A DNA stretch of 64,000 bases. Origin: an uncultured virus (IMG/VR IMGVR_UViG_3300029305_009617). Lineage: Duplodnaviria > Heunggongvirae > Uroviricota > Caudoviricetes. The DNA lies in IMG/VR virus record IMGVR_UViG_3300029305_009617; one strand, given 5' to 3'. Below the pieces are notes generated by a model, which was not told where the DNA came from, made no database searches, and was given only the letters and a program-made list of their open reading frames with translations. Within the stretch, counting starts at the first letter, position 1, and each line of letters starts with the position of its first letter. The translations under genes were made by a program, and so were the position numbers. Positions 1 to 9,377 of the stretch are shown one piece after another.

Positions 1-56
1 GAGCAACATAACTTATTTTATACTCTGTTATTTACATCAGTTTTCCAAAATGAATA

Positions 57-356
57 TTATTTGTCTATTATTCCATCAAGACCGAATCCAATCTTTGAGT
101 TATCAATTTCATATTCTATCGTTGGAAGTGGCGGTAATTCTACTTCGATATCCGGTATTTCTACTGTTGGAATTTCTATATGGGAAGGAGCTTCATACCC
201 TAGAGCTAACCATATAACACCTGTCCTTATGCTAATAAATAAGAATGCTATTATTGATATAATTATCAGCCATTTAATTTTTTTTATAATGGACACAATT
301 ATAATTAGTGTAATAACTATAGCAATGATGATACCTGTGTATACTTCTTGTTTCAT
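57..356 (-). CDS. Small membrane protein with two N-terminal hydrophobic segments
   Basis: 99-aa ORF, same strand as the cas operon, Ile-rich TM stretches. Confidence 0.55.
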   Translation of the reverse strand: MKQEVYTGIIIAIVITLIIIVSIIKKIKWLIIISIIAFLFISIRTGVIWLALGYEAPSHIEIPTVEIPDIEVELPPLPTIEYEIDNSKIGFGLDGIIDK

Positions 357-503
357 AAAATTAAAGCAGAATTTTTATTATTTGGATGCAAAAACATATA
401 ATATATTATTCTGCTATTCTCCTTTCGTTAAATTTCCATTTATTTTTTTCATGTTGCTCGTAAGTACAACGACCTTAATGGGTTTAGGACCAGCCTAAAT
501 ACT

Positions 504-1181
504 ATCTCAATCCACGCTGCCCTTACGGACAGCGACCAGCAGGAGATAGATTTTTCCAAATACATAGTAATTTCAATTCACACTGCCCTTGCGGACAGTG
601 ATGCAACATCTTTATTATCCGGATTGTACATACGAATTTCAATCCACACCGCCCTTGCGGGCAGTGACATTTCTGCATATACTACCATCTACCCCAAATG
701 ATGATTTCAATCCACACTGCCCTTGCGGGCAGTGACTTTAGAGTTCAAACTACGCCCTACATAGTAATTATTTCAATCCACACCGCCCTTGCGGGCAGTG
801 ACCAAGGCAATAGAAAATGAAAACAAAAGAATTATTATTTCAATCCACACTGTCTTTGCGGACAGTGACTGTACAATTCAGATGATATAAATTAAGGGAG
901 CCATTTCAATCCACACCGCCCCTGTGGGCAGTGACACGCGTGTTCATAGCATTAAGTGTTGTGAAATAATTTCAATCCACACTGCCCTTGCGGGCAGTGA
1001 CTAATAGGTTCCGGACCTGGACCAACCCAGATGCGATTTCAATCCACACTGCCCTTGCGGGCAGTGACGCAATACCGCATTTTATATTACGCTCCAAATT
1101 AATTATTTCAATCCACACCGCCCTTGCGGGCAATGACGCAGCTGAGTGAATTATTTAAAACTGACGAGGATATTTCAATCC
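504..1181 (-). CRISPR. Type I-C CRISPR array: 10 full 33-bp repeats, 1 partial repeat, 10 spacers of 33-36 bp
   Basis: Repeat consensus on the minus strand is GTCACTGCCCGCAAGGGCAGTGTGGATTGAAAT (hairpin plus GATTGAAAT end typical of I-C). Copies start at 504, 570, 636, 704, 770, 837, 903, 969, 1036, 1105; partial copy 1172-1181. Confidence 0.97.
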
Positions 1182-1188
1182 TTCTTCC

Positions 1189-2034
1189 CTATAATCCATT
1201 GCATTCTGTCACCTTAAGTCCATCCAGAGTGCTTAATTCAATGTTGTAGTCCTCTACATACTTTGGTTCATCGCAGTTCGGAGTAATGCGTAATGAACGA
1301 TGTACTTCCGCTGTTGAATACTGGCCAGTTTTATTGTTATGCTCCCACCATATTACATCTACCACTTCCATACTTCCTTCCGGACGAGCAGAGCTTGAAT
1401 CTCCAACGAATAAGGTTCTTAATGCTTCCCTTATCTTTTCTGCATCTTCTTCCATAAATCCGGTTTTTTCAGCCAGCTGTGGGCTGATGCTTCCTTTTAC
1501 CACATACATGGCAGTACTTACACGATGCTTCATACCCATGGTATCTGATGCCCTGCCTGCTTTATCCTCGCCATTTACGGATTTTGTAATCTGGATACTT
1601 TCTACATCTACCGGAAGAACACTGAAAGCCGGATGAATAGACACCGGACCTCTTACTCCGATAGAAACTTCATTTCCCTTAAATGCAAATACCTGTCCAA
1701 ATGCACGGACATCCATCCATTCCCTGCAAGCCGCTTCTGAAAAAGCTTTTTCATTTTTGTTTTTCTGAGCTGCTTCTAATTCCTTATTGTTCTTAGCACG
1801 TTCTGCAAGGCTTCTGTATCCATCGTCGCAAAACTCATTGCTCTGAACGAAGATTTTTTCACCCATAGCCTGCAATCGGTTTCTGATTTTTCTCTTAATA
1901 CATACATCTGAAATTTCACCATATCCGTCGTAGGTGGTTCTTGGGCGGTTTTCATTTAACGGATCACCGTTAGGGTTTGCATTGTTTACCATAATTACTG
2001 TTGCGAAATCAATTTTGTTCTGTAAAATACTCAT
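1189..2034 (-). CDS. cas7: Type I-C Cas7 (Csd2)
   Basis: NPNGDP..NRPR, SDVCIKRKIRN, DVRAFGQVFAF and RGPVSI motifs. ATG at 2034 follows AGGAG. Confidence 0.95.
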   Translation of the reverse strand: MSILQNKIDFATVIMVNNANPNGDPLNENRPRTTYDGYGEISDVCIKRKIRNRLQAMGEKIFVQSNEFCDDGYRSLAERAKNNKELEAAQKNKNEKAFSEAACREWMDVRAFGQVFAFKGNEVSIGVRGPVSIHPAFSVLPVDVESIQITKSVNGEDKAGRASDTMGMKHRVSTAMYVVKGSISPQLAEKTGFMEEDAEKIREALRTLFVGDSSSARPEGSMEVVDVIWWEHNNKTGQYSTAEVHRSLRITPNCDEPKYVEDYNIELSTLDGLKVTECNGL

Positions 2035-2087
2035 ATTTTTATCTCCTGTTCGTTTTTTATTATTTTTATAAGAAAACATCATCCAAA

Positions 2088-2498
2088 TTATTCATCTAGC
2101 CAGTCTTTATTCTGATATACGTTCCCTATTACTTTTGCATACTCTTCTAAAGGCCCTACCGGCATTTGAGGATGCCCTTTTGCCTCTACATAAAATCCCA
2201 CACTATTCATGTAATCACCATCATTTGGACAATATGCTTCGTATGTACCATATTTCACAAGCATTAAAATATCTAAGATTTGCGTTCCCTGGTGACTTTC
2301 GATGAAATCACCTTCGTACACATATTGTCCACTAATATCCGTCTTGCCGGTATTCTTCATAAGGATAATATCTTCAAAAGGCACATTATAATAGTCCACC
2401 TTTCTATCCGTTAATATGACGGTTTTGGGCGTTCGGTAATCTATCTGCATTACCTCCCACATTTTATTTTTCCAAAATGCCCTATATTCACCATTCAT
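2088..2498 (-). CDS. YopX-family protein inserted between cas8c and cas7
   Basis: YRAFW start, MKNTGKTDISGQYVYEGD and KVIGNVYQN, the typical YopX pattern. Confidence 0.8.
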   Translation of the reverse strand: MNGEYRAFWKNKMWEVMQIDYRTPKTVILTDRKVDYYNVPFEDIILMKNTGKTDISGQYVYEGDFIESHQGTQILDILMLVKYGTYEAYCPNDGDYMNSVGFYVEAKGHPQMPVGPLEEYAKVIGNVYQNKDWLDE

Positions 2499-2513
2499 AG
2501 TATTTCCCCTCGT

Positions 2514-2900
2514 TTATGCGGTTTCTTCTGTTTCTTTTCTCTTGCCATTCTTCATCAGAAGTTTCTGTTCCTGATAGCCTACCAAGTATTCCGGTTTTAA
2601 CGGTTCGTTATTGAATCCTTCCAGTTCCTGCAGCCGGATGATGTTTTTATTCAGTTCATACTCCAGATATTCTCTAGTTTCCCGTGGCAGACGCTTCATG
2701 TATGCCTGCAGCACAATACGGTATATCTGTTCATATGCTGTCATTGGCCTCCGTACAAATTTGTTCCACGCTTTCTTAGCATTTGTAAGTCGGTCATCCG
2801 TAATGTTTTTTCCTGTAAAATACATTGCACGGCTCTCTGCTTCATCCAAAACAGCTAATAATCTGCCCCATATCATGGAGCGTTCCTTTACTGCATCCAT
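2514..2900 (-). CDS. cas11: Cas11c small subunit from an internal in-frame start in cas8c
   Basis: AAAGGAGAGG precedes the in-frame ATG at 2900 ([15 protein letters not shown]...). Internal Cas11 translation is established for type I-C. Confidence 0.75.
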   Translation of the reverse strand: MDAVKERSMIWGRLLAVLDEAESRAMYFTGKNITDDRLTNAKKAWNKFVRRPMTAYEQIYRIVLQAYMKRLPRETREYLEYELNKNIIRLQELEGFNNEPLKPEYLVGYQEQKLLMKNGKRKETEETA

Positions 2901-4412
2901 ATTTTCCTCTCCTTTGTAAAAATACCCTTCAAATTTAAGTAATGAGCATGCCACGGGATAGACGTGATTTTTCCAAACATATGTACTATATGCCTGTGGC
3001 CGCTCCAGCTTTTGCAAAACTGCTCTTGTAATATCTTTTGGTATGCATTTACTTAATCCCGTGATACACGGCAGAATCCGTTTTACCGTATTTTTAATAA
3101 CATCATCATCTGCTCCCAGGTAGCCGCCTCTGTCGGTACCGTATGCTGCAAGTGCAATTTCCCGGGCTGATGGGGCTGCTAAAGTATAAATATGTTCTTT
3201 TGTCTCATAATCTTTTATTAGACGCATAACAGCTGCTTTTTCATGCCATTTTCTTAAATTATTAAGAAAATCATTACCACCAAATTCATGGTAATATTCA
3301 ATCGACATTCGCCCTTGCGTTGCCGCATCCACGGACATCATGATAATACGTGAATCTTCTGTAATCGATGGATTATATCCATAAATAGCCCGGCAGATAT
3401 CTATCGCTGTTTCCTTTCCCGTATCAGGCATTTCAATTTCTGTATTATTAAACGCGTAATAACTGTTCGAATAGACATCAGGCACTCCAAAATCTTCGTA
3501 GGATATATCCCCTACATTAGATGGTATATTCCATATGATTATTGCTGAACCATCCTTTTGATATCCCTGCCTCTGAATCAGCCAGCGTAGTGCATTGTGT
3601 GCCTTCTGTGAGGCAACATACCCAACAGAAGCAGCCTGTTCTTTTGTCGCAAAGCGTCCTCGGAACGTAAATCCGGCCAAATCATTACCTGAAATAATCT
3701 TTGCCTTATCACCGGAGTTGCGGATTTTATTCGGATGCTTGATAGTGCATTTTTCTCTCAGTCCGGAAGCAAAACAGATATCATCATATCCTACCTGTGG
3801 AATGTAATATTTCTGATAGAGTTCGTACAATTCTTTATCCAGCCAGCCTTTTACAACTTCACCGCTGCTGTCAACAATTCCAAACCGGACAAAAGCAGAA
3901 CTCTGTGGCAGGTTATGTATCTTAATTTCCTCTGATAAAGACAGAAAATCATCGAAAGCCAGCACTCCATGCTTTTCAAGGTCCTCTATCAGACAGCCTT
4001 TCTCAAGATATTTATAGATTCCTATAATGTAGCTACAGCTGTATTCAGATTCCGCCCATTTTTTCAAAGATTCCATATAAGCTTTATAATACTGCGTACG
4101 CTTATCATCTCCGGTGTAGTGCACATAATCCCCCGCGACATAACATAATTTATCATGGAGCGGATGTGGTGAATTACCTGCTGTCCTTGTTGCCGAATCC
4201 TCTGTAACCGGAATAATGGTTACTTCATTATGACCGTCTTTTCCCACAACGGATGCATCAATAAATTCTCCGTTTTCACTTATATACACCTCAATCTGCG
4301 CATTGGCAGTTGAATGCGCTACTGGAACCAATACGGGTTCTCCTTCCACTCTTTCTCCTGCAACACACATACATGCATCATACGTTTCACATAATCTCTC
4401 AATCCAGCCCAT
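2514..4412 (-). CDS. cas8c: Type I-C Cas8c (Csd1)
   Basis: [37 protein letters not shown] and GRLLA motifs; lies between cas5 and cas7. Confidence 0.93.
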   Translation of the reverse strand: MGWIERLCETYDACMCVAGERVEGEPVLVPVAHSTANAQIEVYISENGEFIDASVVGKDGHNEVTIIPVTEDSATRTAGNSPHPLHDKLCYVAGDYVHYTGDDKRTQYYKAYMESLKKWAESEYSCSYIIGIYKYLEKGCLIEDLEKHGVLAFDDFLSLSEEIKIHNLPQSSAFVRFGIVDSSGEVVKGWLDKELYELYQKYYIPQVGYDDICFASGLREKCTIKHPNKIRNSGDKAKIISGNDLAGFTFRGRFATKEQAASVGYVASQKAHNALRWLIQRQGYQKDGSAIIIWNIPSNVGDISYEDFGVPDVYSNSYYAFNNTEIEMPDTGKETAIDICRAIYGYNPSITEDSRIIMMSVDAATQGRMSIEYYHEFGGNDFLNNLRKWHEKAAVMRLIKDYETKEHIYTLAAPSAREIALAAYGTDRGGYLGADDDVIKNTVKRILPCITGLSKCIPKDITRAVLQKLERPQAYSTYVWKNHVYPVACSLLKFEGYFYKGEENMDAVKERSMIWGRLLAVLDEAESRAMYFTGKNITDDRLTNAKKAWNKFVRRPMTAYEQIYRIVLQAYMKRLPRETREYLEYELNKNIIRLQELEGFNNEPLKPEYLVGYQEQKLLMKNGKRKETEETA

Positions 4413-5136
4413 ACTCGCTCGCCTCCGCTTCTAATGTCTTGATATCACTTAATGCAAACTGCTTCTGCTTAAAAATTGGCCCTTGCTTAATGATGGAACA
4501 TTCTTCCGGTCTTGGAAAATTTAGAATCCCTTTATCCATATACGCATTCCACAATCTGGTTTCCATATGTTTATTTTCGCCTGTGTAAGTAATCCCATGA
4601 TACATAATGCCAAGTGACATACTAGTATCGTCATAATATCCTTTACCGCTTCCAAAAGCACATGGTTCCACATATCCCTGACACTCTCTAGTTCCAAGAA
4701 ATATGTCTCTTCTTCCTCCGGCTTTTAAGGCTTTTTTTACAATTCCATAATGTTTTCCCTCAATTCTGTCTTTTTCTAAATCCGGCCGGCTCATATCCCA
4801 CTCAAAATGCGCTCTGATTTGATACTGCACATCGCTTAAATAAGTGTAATTTGCTAAATCATTTCCACCGGTATAGTTAATTGGACGAATTCCTTTCGGT
4901 TCTGTCAGTATCTGGTTTATAATTCTGCATTCATCAATTACCCACACAATAGTAGGTTTCCAGTAGATACTCTCCATGATACCTTTTAAGGCTTCATACG
5001 TAGGTACCGGATAGGTAAATTTTTCTCCACCTATTTTTGTTAAGGGGTCGGTAAATAAAGCATATTTTCCGTATAATTTCAACTCTACTGTATTTTTCAA
5101 ACCTGTATTCCTTTCTGTTATTTTATTTTTTTTCAT
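4399..5136 (-). CDS. cas5: Type I-C Cas5 (Cas5d, crRNA-processing)
   Basis: [29 protein letters not shown] and IFLGTREC motifs; overlaps the cas8c start. Confidence 0.95.
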   Translation of the reverse strand: MKKNKITERNTGLKNTVELKLYGKYALFTDPLTKIGGEKFTYPVPTYEALKGIMESIYWKPTIVWVIDECRIINQILTEPKGIRPINYTGGNDLANYTYLSDVQYQIRAHFEWDMSRPDLEKDRIEGKHYGIVKKALKAGGRRDIFLGTRECQGYVEPCAFGSGKGYYDDTSMSLGIMYHGITYTGENKHMETRLWNAYMDKGILNFPRPEECSIIKQGPIFKQKQFALSDIKTLEAEASEYGLD

Positions 5137-5179
5137 CTTCTGGCAGCAGTTATTTTATGTTGAGCATATAAAATTAGCT

Positions 5180-5815
5180 TTAAATAGAATTTTTAATAAA
5201 ATAATATCCATCTTTATACATGGCCAAGTGTGGAGAATATAGGGATTTAAACTGTCTGATAAGTTCCTTTCGATCCCATAATTCAATATTATTGTACTTT
5301 GCTAAATCTTTTGCCGATTCTGTGAAAAAAGAATTGGTTATCACGAGTCCTTTTTTGCATTGATATAACGCTTTGCCTGCTGCCACTTCTTGTACGGCTT
5401 TATAATTTACTTTATACCCTGCCTCATGATTATATCTTTTTGCCTGTACAGCAATTCGTTCTCCGTGCTTTTCTATAACCAAATCAACACCATAATCACC
5501 TTGTGGAGGAGTTAAATATACTTTATAGCCTTTTCTTGTGAAGTGGGCTTTTAAATAACGCTCAAATTCTATACCGTTTAATGTATCAACATGTTTTATG
5601 TCACTGTTAATATAATCCAAATACTCTTTTCGGCCCAGACGCTTAAATTTTTCTTTTCTATGATGTTTTACAATTTGATTTAAAAATATTAATATGATAA
5701 AATACTGCATTAGTATACGTTTATCTGCTATAAAACTATGAACAACAAATATTACTAATATCAGGTTGGCATAGGTATGAAATTTTAAATTTCTATTTCT
5801 TTTAATCATATCCAT
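5180..5815 (-). CDS. Mrr-like restriction endonuclease domain with an N-terminal membrane anchor
   Basis: FERYL..GY..DYGVDL..AVQAKRY..VQEV..ITNSFFT motif; hydrophobic N-terminus. Confidence 0.8.
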   Translation of the reverse strand: MDMIKRNRNLKFHTYANLILVIFVVHSFIADKRILMQYFIILIFLNQIVKHHRKEKFKRLGRKEYLDYINSDIKHVDTLNGIEFERYLKAHFTRKGYKVYLTPPQGDYGVDLVIEKHGERIAVQAKRYNHEAGYKVNYKAVQEVAAGKALYQCKKGLVITNSFFTESAKDLAKYNNIELWDRKELIRQFKSLYSPHLAMYKDGYYFIKNSI

Positions 5816-5879
5816 AAAAGCCTCCTATAAAATCTGCAATAATACTTTATCTCTGTTTTTTTCTATAAATTTTAGTTTT

Positions 5880-6098
5880 CTATATTTGTCTAAAAATAAT
5901 CAGTAAGCTCCAGATGGAAATGAACATCCAAAAATAAATCCATCCTGCCATTAGCCTTGCTTTTTGTTTAACAGACATAGGGAATATAACTAATAATCCA
6001 CCTACAGCGAATAGTAAAAATATCCACACTAACGGAAACCACTTATATTTATTCAATTTGCATAGTTGTATATCTAAAAATTTTAATAATTTTTTCAT
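5880..6098 (-). CDS. Small membrane protein
   Basis: 72 aa, two hydrophobic segments, GAGG RBS. Confidence 0.55.
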   Translation of the reverse strand: MKKLLKFLDIQLCKLNKYKWFPLVWIFLLFAVGGLLVIFPMSVKQKARLMAGWIYFWMFISIWSLLIIFRQI

Positions 6099-6126
6099 AT
6101 TTTACTTGCCTCGGTAAAAAGTCAGA

Positions 6127-6504
6127 TTAGTCAGTTATATTTTGAATTGTAAATGTGCCACTGAATACATCGAAATCTTCTCGGGAAGTAATATTAAAGT
6201 AAACAACACCTCCCGACACATAAACTACCGGCGTATAACCATCCCTTGTACAATCGTGATACTCGCAATAAATCCCGCTATTATATATTCCTTTAGATGT
6301 ATACGAAAATATTACCTGTTCAGTTTCACCATCTGGCAAGTACATTGTAAGTAACGCTTTTTGGGTGGATGTTTCACACTCCTCTGTATTGGAATCAGTC
6401 CCCATGTCACTTTGAGTATTGCTCGCAGCCTCACTCGGTATACAAGCACTTATAATTAATGCAATAAATAAAATTATAGGTATTAATTTTAGCTGTTTTT
6501 TCAT
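6127..6504 (-). CDS. Putative lipoprotein
   Basis: Basic N-terminus, hydrophobic stretch and ISAC lipobox. Confidence 0.6.
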   Translation of the reverse strand: MKKQLKLIPIILFIALIISACIPSEAASNTQSDMGTDSNTEECETSTQKALLTMYLPDGETEQVIFSYTSKGIYNSGIYCEYHDCTRDGYTPVVYVSGGVVYFNITSREDFDVFSGTFTIQNITD

Positions 6505-6539
6505 ATATATTTTTCCTTTCTAACCTACGGCTTAGCCAA

Positions 6540-6686
6540 TTAATCAGCGCACAACTCCACCATTAATTTAATAGCATAACTCAGTCTATCTTCGTCCACT
6601 TCTTTGCCATCACAAATTGGTGGCAGGTCTAATGTACCTGATAATTTATTCATAGTTTCTTCGCTAATATCAATTACTGCTTTCAT
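6540..6686 (-). CDS. Small hypothetical protein (48 aa, not in the ORF track)
   Basis: MKAVIDISEE...ELCAD, preceded by GGAG/AAAGGG. Confidence 0.55.
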   Translation of the reverse strand: MKAVIDISEETMNKLSGTLDLPPICDGKEVDEDRLSYAIKLMVELCAD

Positions 6687-7085
6687 GTTTACCCTTTCTC
6701 CATCTACGGTTCAGTTATCTAATCCAGCCTTCTTCTTTTAACTTTTTACGAATAGTTCTACATGATGAACATAGTTCGTTATTTTTTCCCTATGCACCAA
6801 CCATTCTTTCTAGCTGAACGTATAACCGAGCCTTTTGTCATAATATGATTAAAATGCAATACCTTGCCACATCCATCACATACTACTTCTGTACAAAATG
6901 CCATATCTATTCCTTTCTACGGTTTAGCCAATTCTGTCATGATTAAAAACACAATCGTCCTGTCCTATTCTGCTAGGACATCATTCACAATCGGAATCTT
7001 CATTGCATGATTTGTATGCCAGTCGTATTTCTTCTGTAATCTCAATTTGTACATAATCCTTTATTTTGCTTTCTCCTTTAATTAT

Positions 7086-7298
7086 TTAACAATCAGTTAC
7101 CTTGATAACATGTGAACTTCTAAATAGGCACGATTGAGGATTTATAAGAAAGTAATATTTTTGCGGTAGATATAAGTTCGGGTCATTCCTAAAGTTTTCT
7201 TCACCTGTCTTGTGTAACTCTCCTTCAACCACTTTTTTATCAAAAAGAGTAATCTGCACTTTTTGACCAAGATATTTTTCTAATTCTTCTCGTTGCAT
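7086..7298 (-). CDS. Hypothetical protein (possible Sm/LSM-like fold)
   Basis: LGQKVQITLFD..VEGEL; GGAGG RBS. Confidence 0.6.
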   Translation of the reverse strand: MQREELEKYLGQKVQITLFDKKVVEGELHKTGEENFRNDPNLYLPQKYYFLINPQSCLFRSSHVIKVTDC

Positions 7299-7315
7299 AA
7301 TTCCTCCACTAAAAT

Positions 7316-7525
7316 TCAGTTTGCACTTTTTACTCCCGGAAATCGCAGGTATTCTTCATCAAGTATTGCTTTCATAGATTCTAAAGTTCTACATGAATCT
7401 AGCATTTCTACGATTGCCTTTCTGAAATTGTTTTCTGCGGTCTCACATGACAATATCATTTTCTGAAGACGTTTTTCATCCTCTCTAACATCTTCTTTAG
7501 TAGGTGCATCAAGTACATTATTCAT
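7316..7525 (-). CDS. Hypothetical protein
   Basis: 69 aa, AAAGG RBS, part of the small-gene array. Confidence 0.6.
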   Translation of the reverse strand: MNNVLDAPTKEDVREDEKRLQKMILSCETAENNFRKAIVEMLDSCRTLESMKAILDEEYLRFPGVKSAN

Positions 7526-7563
7526 ATCTTTTCCTTTCTGTGGATAGTCCGCTAAAGTTTTCT

Positions 7564-7971
7564 TTATGAAATTAACTGGTACATTGCCTCAAACGCCTTT
7601 TTTGATTCTTCATCCGCGGCGTATACATCAAAAATATCATTGTCAAATGGCATAATCCCTATAATTGGAATTGCTTTGTTTACAATTAACTGCTCATTTC
7701 CATAAAAAAAACTATTACTACTTCGATTGATTACTACATAATTTTCAGATCTATTTAACAGCCAGAACATTTCTTTAAACCAAGTTTTCATAAATCTGAA
7801 TTGTCCTTCTTTGGATGTACTGAATAAGAACCTATTTCTTTCTGTATATCTATTTGAATTTTCATATAATTTGTTTTCGTTTTTTAATGTCTGCATATAT
7901 AACCTTTCTTTTAAAAGGATGTCTTGATTCCCATGTAGTATGGTTTTACTAATTTGTAAATATTCTGACAA
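7564..7971 (-). CDS. Hypothetical protein (true start probably ~7897)
   Basis: Co-oriented ORF downstream of the PIN gene. Confidence 0.5.
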   Translation of the reverse strand: MSEYLQISKTILHGNQDILLKERLYMQTLKNENKLYENSNRYTERNRFLFSTSKEGQFRFMKTWFKEMFWLLNRSENYVVINRSSNSFFYGNEQLIVNKAIPIIGIMPFDNDIFDVYAADEESKKAFEAMYQLIS

Positions 7972-8492
7972 TCCCTGTTTAGATTTTTCTGCAAGAATGT
8001 ATGGAAATCATTTATGTCTGCGGTTGTTTTAATGCCCTGGAGCACTTTATTTACAACTTTATTCGAGTAGCTATTTAATATTGTGCGAATAGGGTTTTCT
8101 TGTATGTTTTTAACCATCTTCTCATGGCCGATGCTTGGCATGATATTAATATCTATGGTTGGGTCTATATGTGTTTTTAAAAATTCCACAGCAGCTTCAT
8201 ATCCTTTATCGTTAGAAATAATGTGATATTTTGCTTTATTTTGATATTTCCCATATAGATATCCTAAGTACGTGCAAATTTGAAAATCCATTGCATTCTT
8301 TGTGTGCGTATTCATTTTTCTTATTTGCACGCTTGCCCTTGTATTTGCCAGAGCTGATAGTACAACCTGATTTATACTTCCTGCTTGTTCATAATGAAAT
8401 ACAACTACGATATCTTCATTTTTTAATTTTTCAATTCCATTTAAGAATCTGTTTCCGGTATTTTCTTTGTCAATCAAGTAAATATGCTTCAT
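7911..8492 (-). CDS. PIN-like domain protein
   Basis: YLIDKEN, KNAMDFQICTYLG and IISNDKGY acidic motifs. Confidence 0.75.
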   Translation of the reverse strand: MKHIYLIDKENTGNRFLNGIEKLKNEDIVVVFHYEQAGSINQVVLSALANTRASVQIRKMNTHTKNAMDFQICTYLGYLYGKYQNKAKYHIISNDKGYEAAVEFLKTHIDPTIDINIMPSIGHEKMVKNIQENPIRTILNSYSNKVVNKVLQGIKTTADINDFHTFLQKNLNRDCQNIYKLVKPYYMGIKTSF

Positions 8493-8519
8493 AAATTCTC
8501 CTTCCTTTCCGTATAAAAC

Positions 8520-8571
8520 AGAATATATGTTCGCTTTATTTACCTTGATTGTATACTCGAACAGACGTTTT
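8520..8571. promoter_or_regulatory. Two LexA (SOS/Cheo) box-like sites between divergent genes
   Basis: CGAACATATATTCT (minus, 8520-8533) and CGAACAGACGTTTT (plus, 8558-8571) versus the Firmicute consensus CGAACRNRYGTTYC. Confidence 0.6.
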
Positions 8572-8669
8572 GTAAAGCAATATTTTTAAAATGTGATACC
8601 ATTTTTAATTTTATGATATTGTATTGCTTTTTTCAAAGACTCATGCTACTTTAAATAGGAGGTGAGTAG

Positions 8670-9377
8670 ATGAGAAAGATAAAATACTTTTCGGATTATA
8701 ACGAATGCATATATATACTGGAACGTATATACCGTATTGAACCCGGTATTTATAATATGTGTTTTTTAATGAGTGTAAGTGCATTGCAGCTTAGTGATGT
8801 AGTTTTACTTTGTCACGAACATATTAAACAAATGCCAAGTGGACGATATGTGATAGTCTATAAAGACTTCCCATATATCTATTTATCTTCTTTATTTGTC
8901 GAAGCAGTTCAAACGCAGTTTTGTCCTAATAATCAGGGTTATCTGTTTCCGAACAGGAGCGGAACTACCCATATTAGTAATGTTGCCGCAAAAAAAAAGA
9001 TAGAATCTTGCTTAAGGAAATTATCTATTGAGGGAACTCCATCCATATTTCGGCTTAGTTATGCGTATCATTATTTAAAAACTAATCATACACTTACGCA
9101 CTCCGGTTTAGATCATCTGATGCGTAATACAAAAAAACTAATAGAGTTCTTTGATATTACGCTTGATGACTATAAAAAATTAGTTAGCTGTGAACAAAAA
9201 AATTATAGTTCCCCTGAGTTGCATAATATTTATCAAACATTATCAGATGCTATGCAAATCATCGCCAATCCCATTTGTGATGATGCAGTGCATGCGTCTA
9301 TAAACTTAATAGATGAACTAAATGTTATGTGTAATCATTACCGTAAAAATATTATTCAAATTGACGGAGATACTTAA
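8670..9377 (+). CDS. Tyrosine recombinase-like protein with degenerate catalytic motifs
   Basis: SALQLSDVV (box I), GYLFPNR and TPSIFRLSYAYH (box II). The box I Arg and box II His appear replaced. Confidence 0.65.
   Translation: MRKIKYFSDYNECIYILERIYRIEPGIYNMCFLMSVSALQLSDVVLLCHEHIKQMPSGRYVIVYKDFPYIYLSSLFVEAVQTQFCPNNQGYLFPNRSGTTHISNVAAKKKIESCLRKLSIEGTPSIFRLSYAYHYLKTNHTLTHSGLDHLMRNTKKLIEFFDITLDDYKKLVSCEQKNYSSPELHNIYQTLSDAMQIIANPICDDAVHASINLIDELNVMCNHYRKNIIQIDGDT

Larger units (their letters stand above)
6525..7319 (-). repeat. Five copies of the 11-bp gene-junction site CTRA-NNN-KTAR
   Basis: Copies at 6525-6535, 6704-6714, 6917-6927, 7086-7096 and 7309-7319, each at a boundary between small genes. 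Confidence 0.7.

Noticed and set aside
504..9377. CRISPR-associated transposon interpretation of the Cas3-less locus
   Set aside because: No tnsB, tnsC or tniQ genes or transposon ends seen in the window, and the nearby recombinase looks degenerate.
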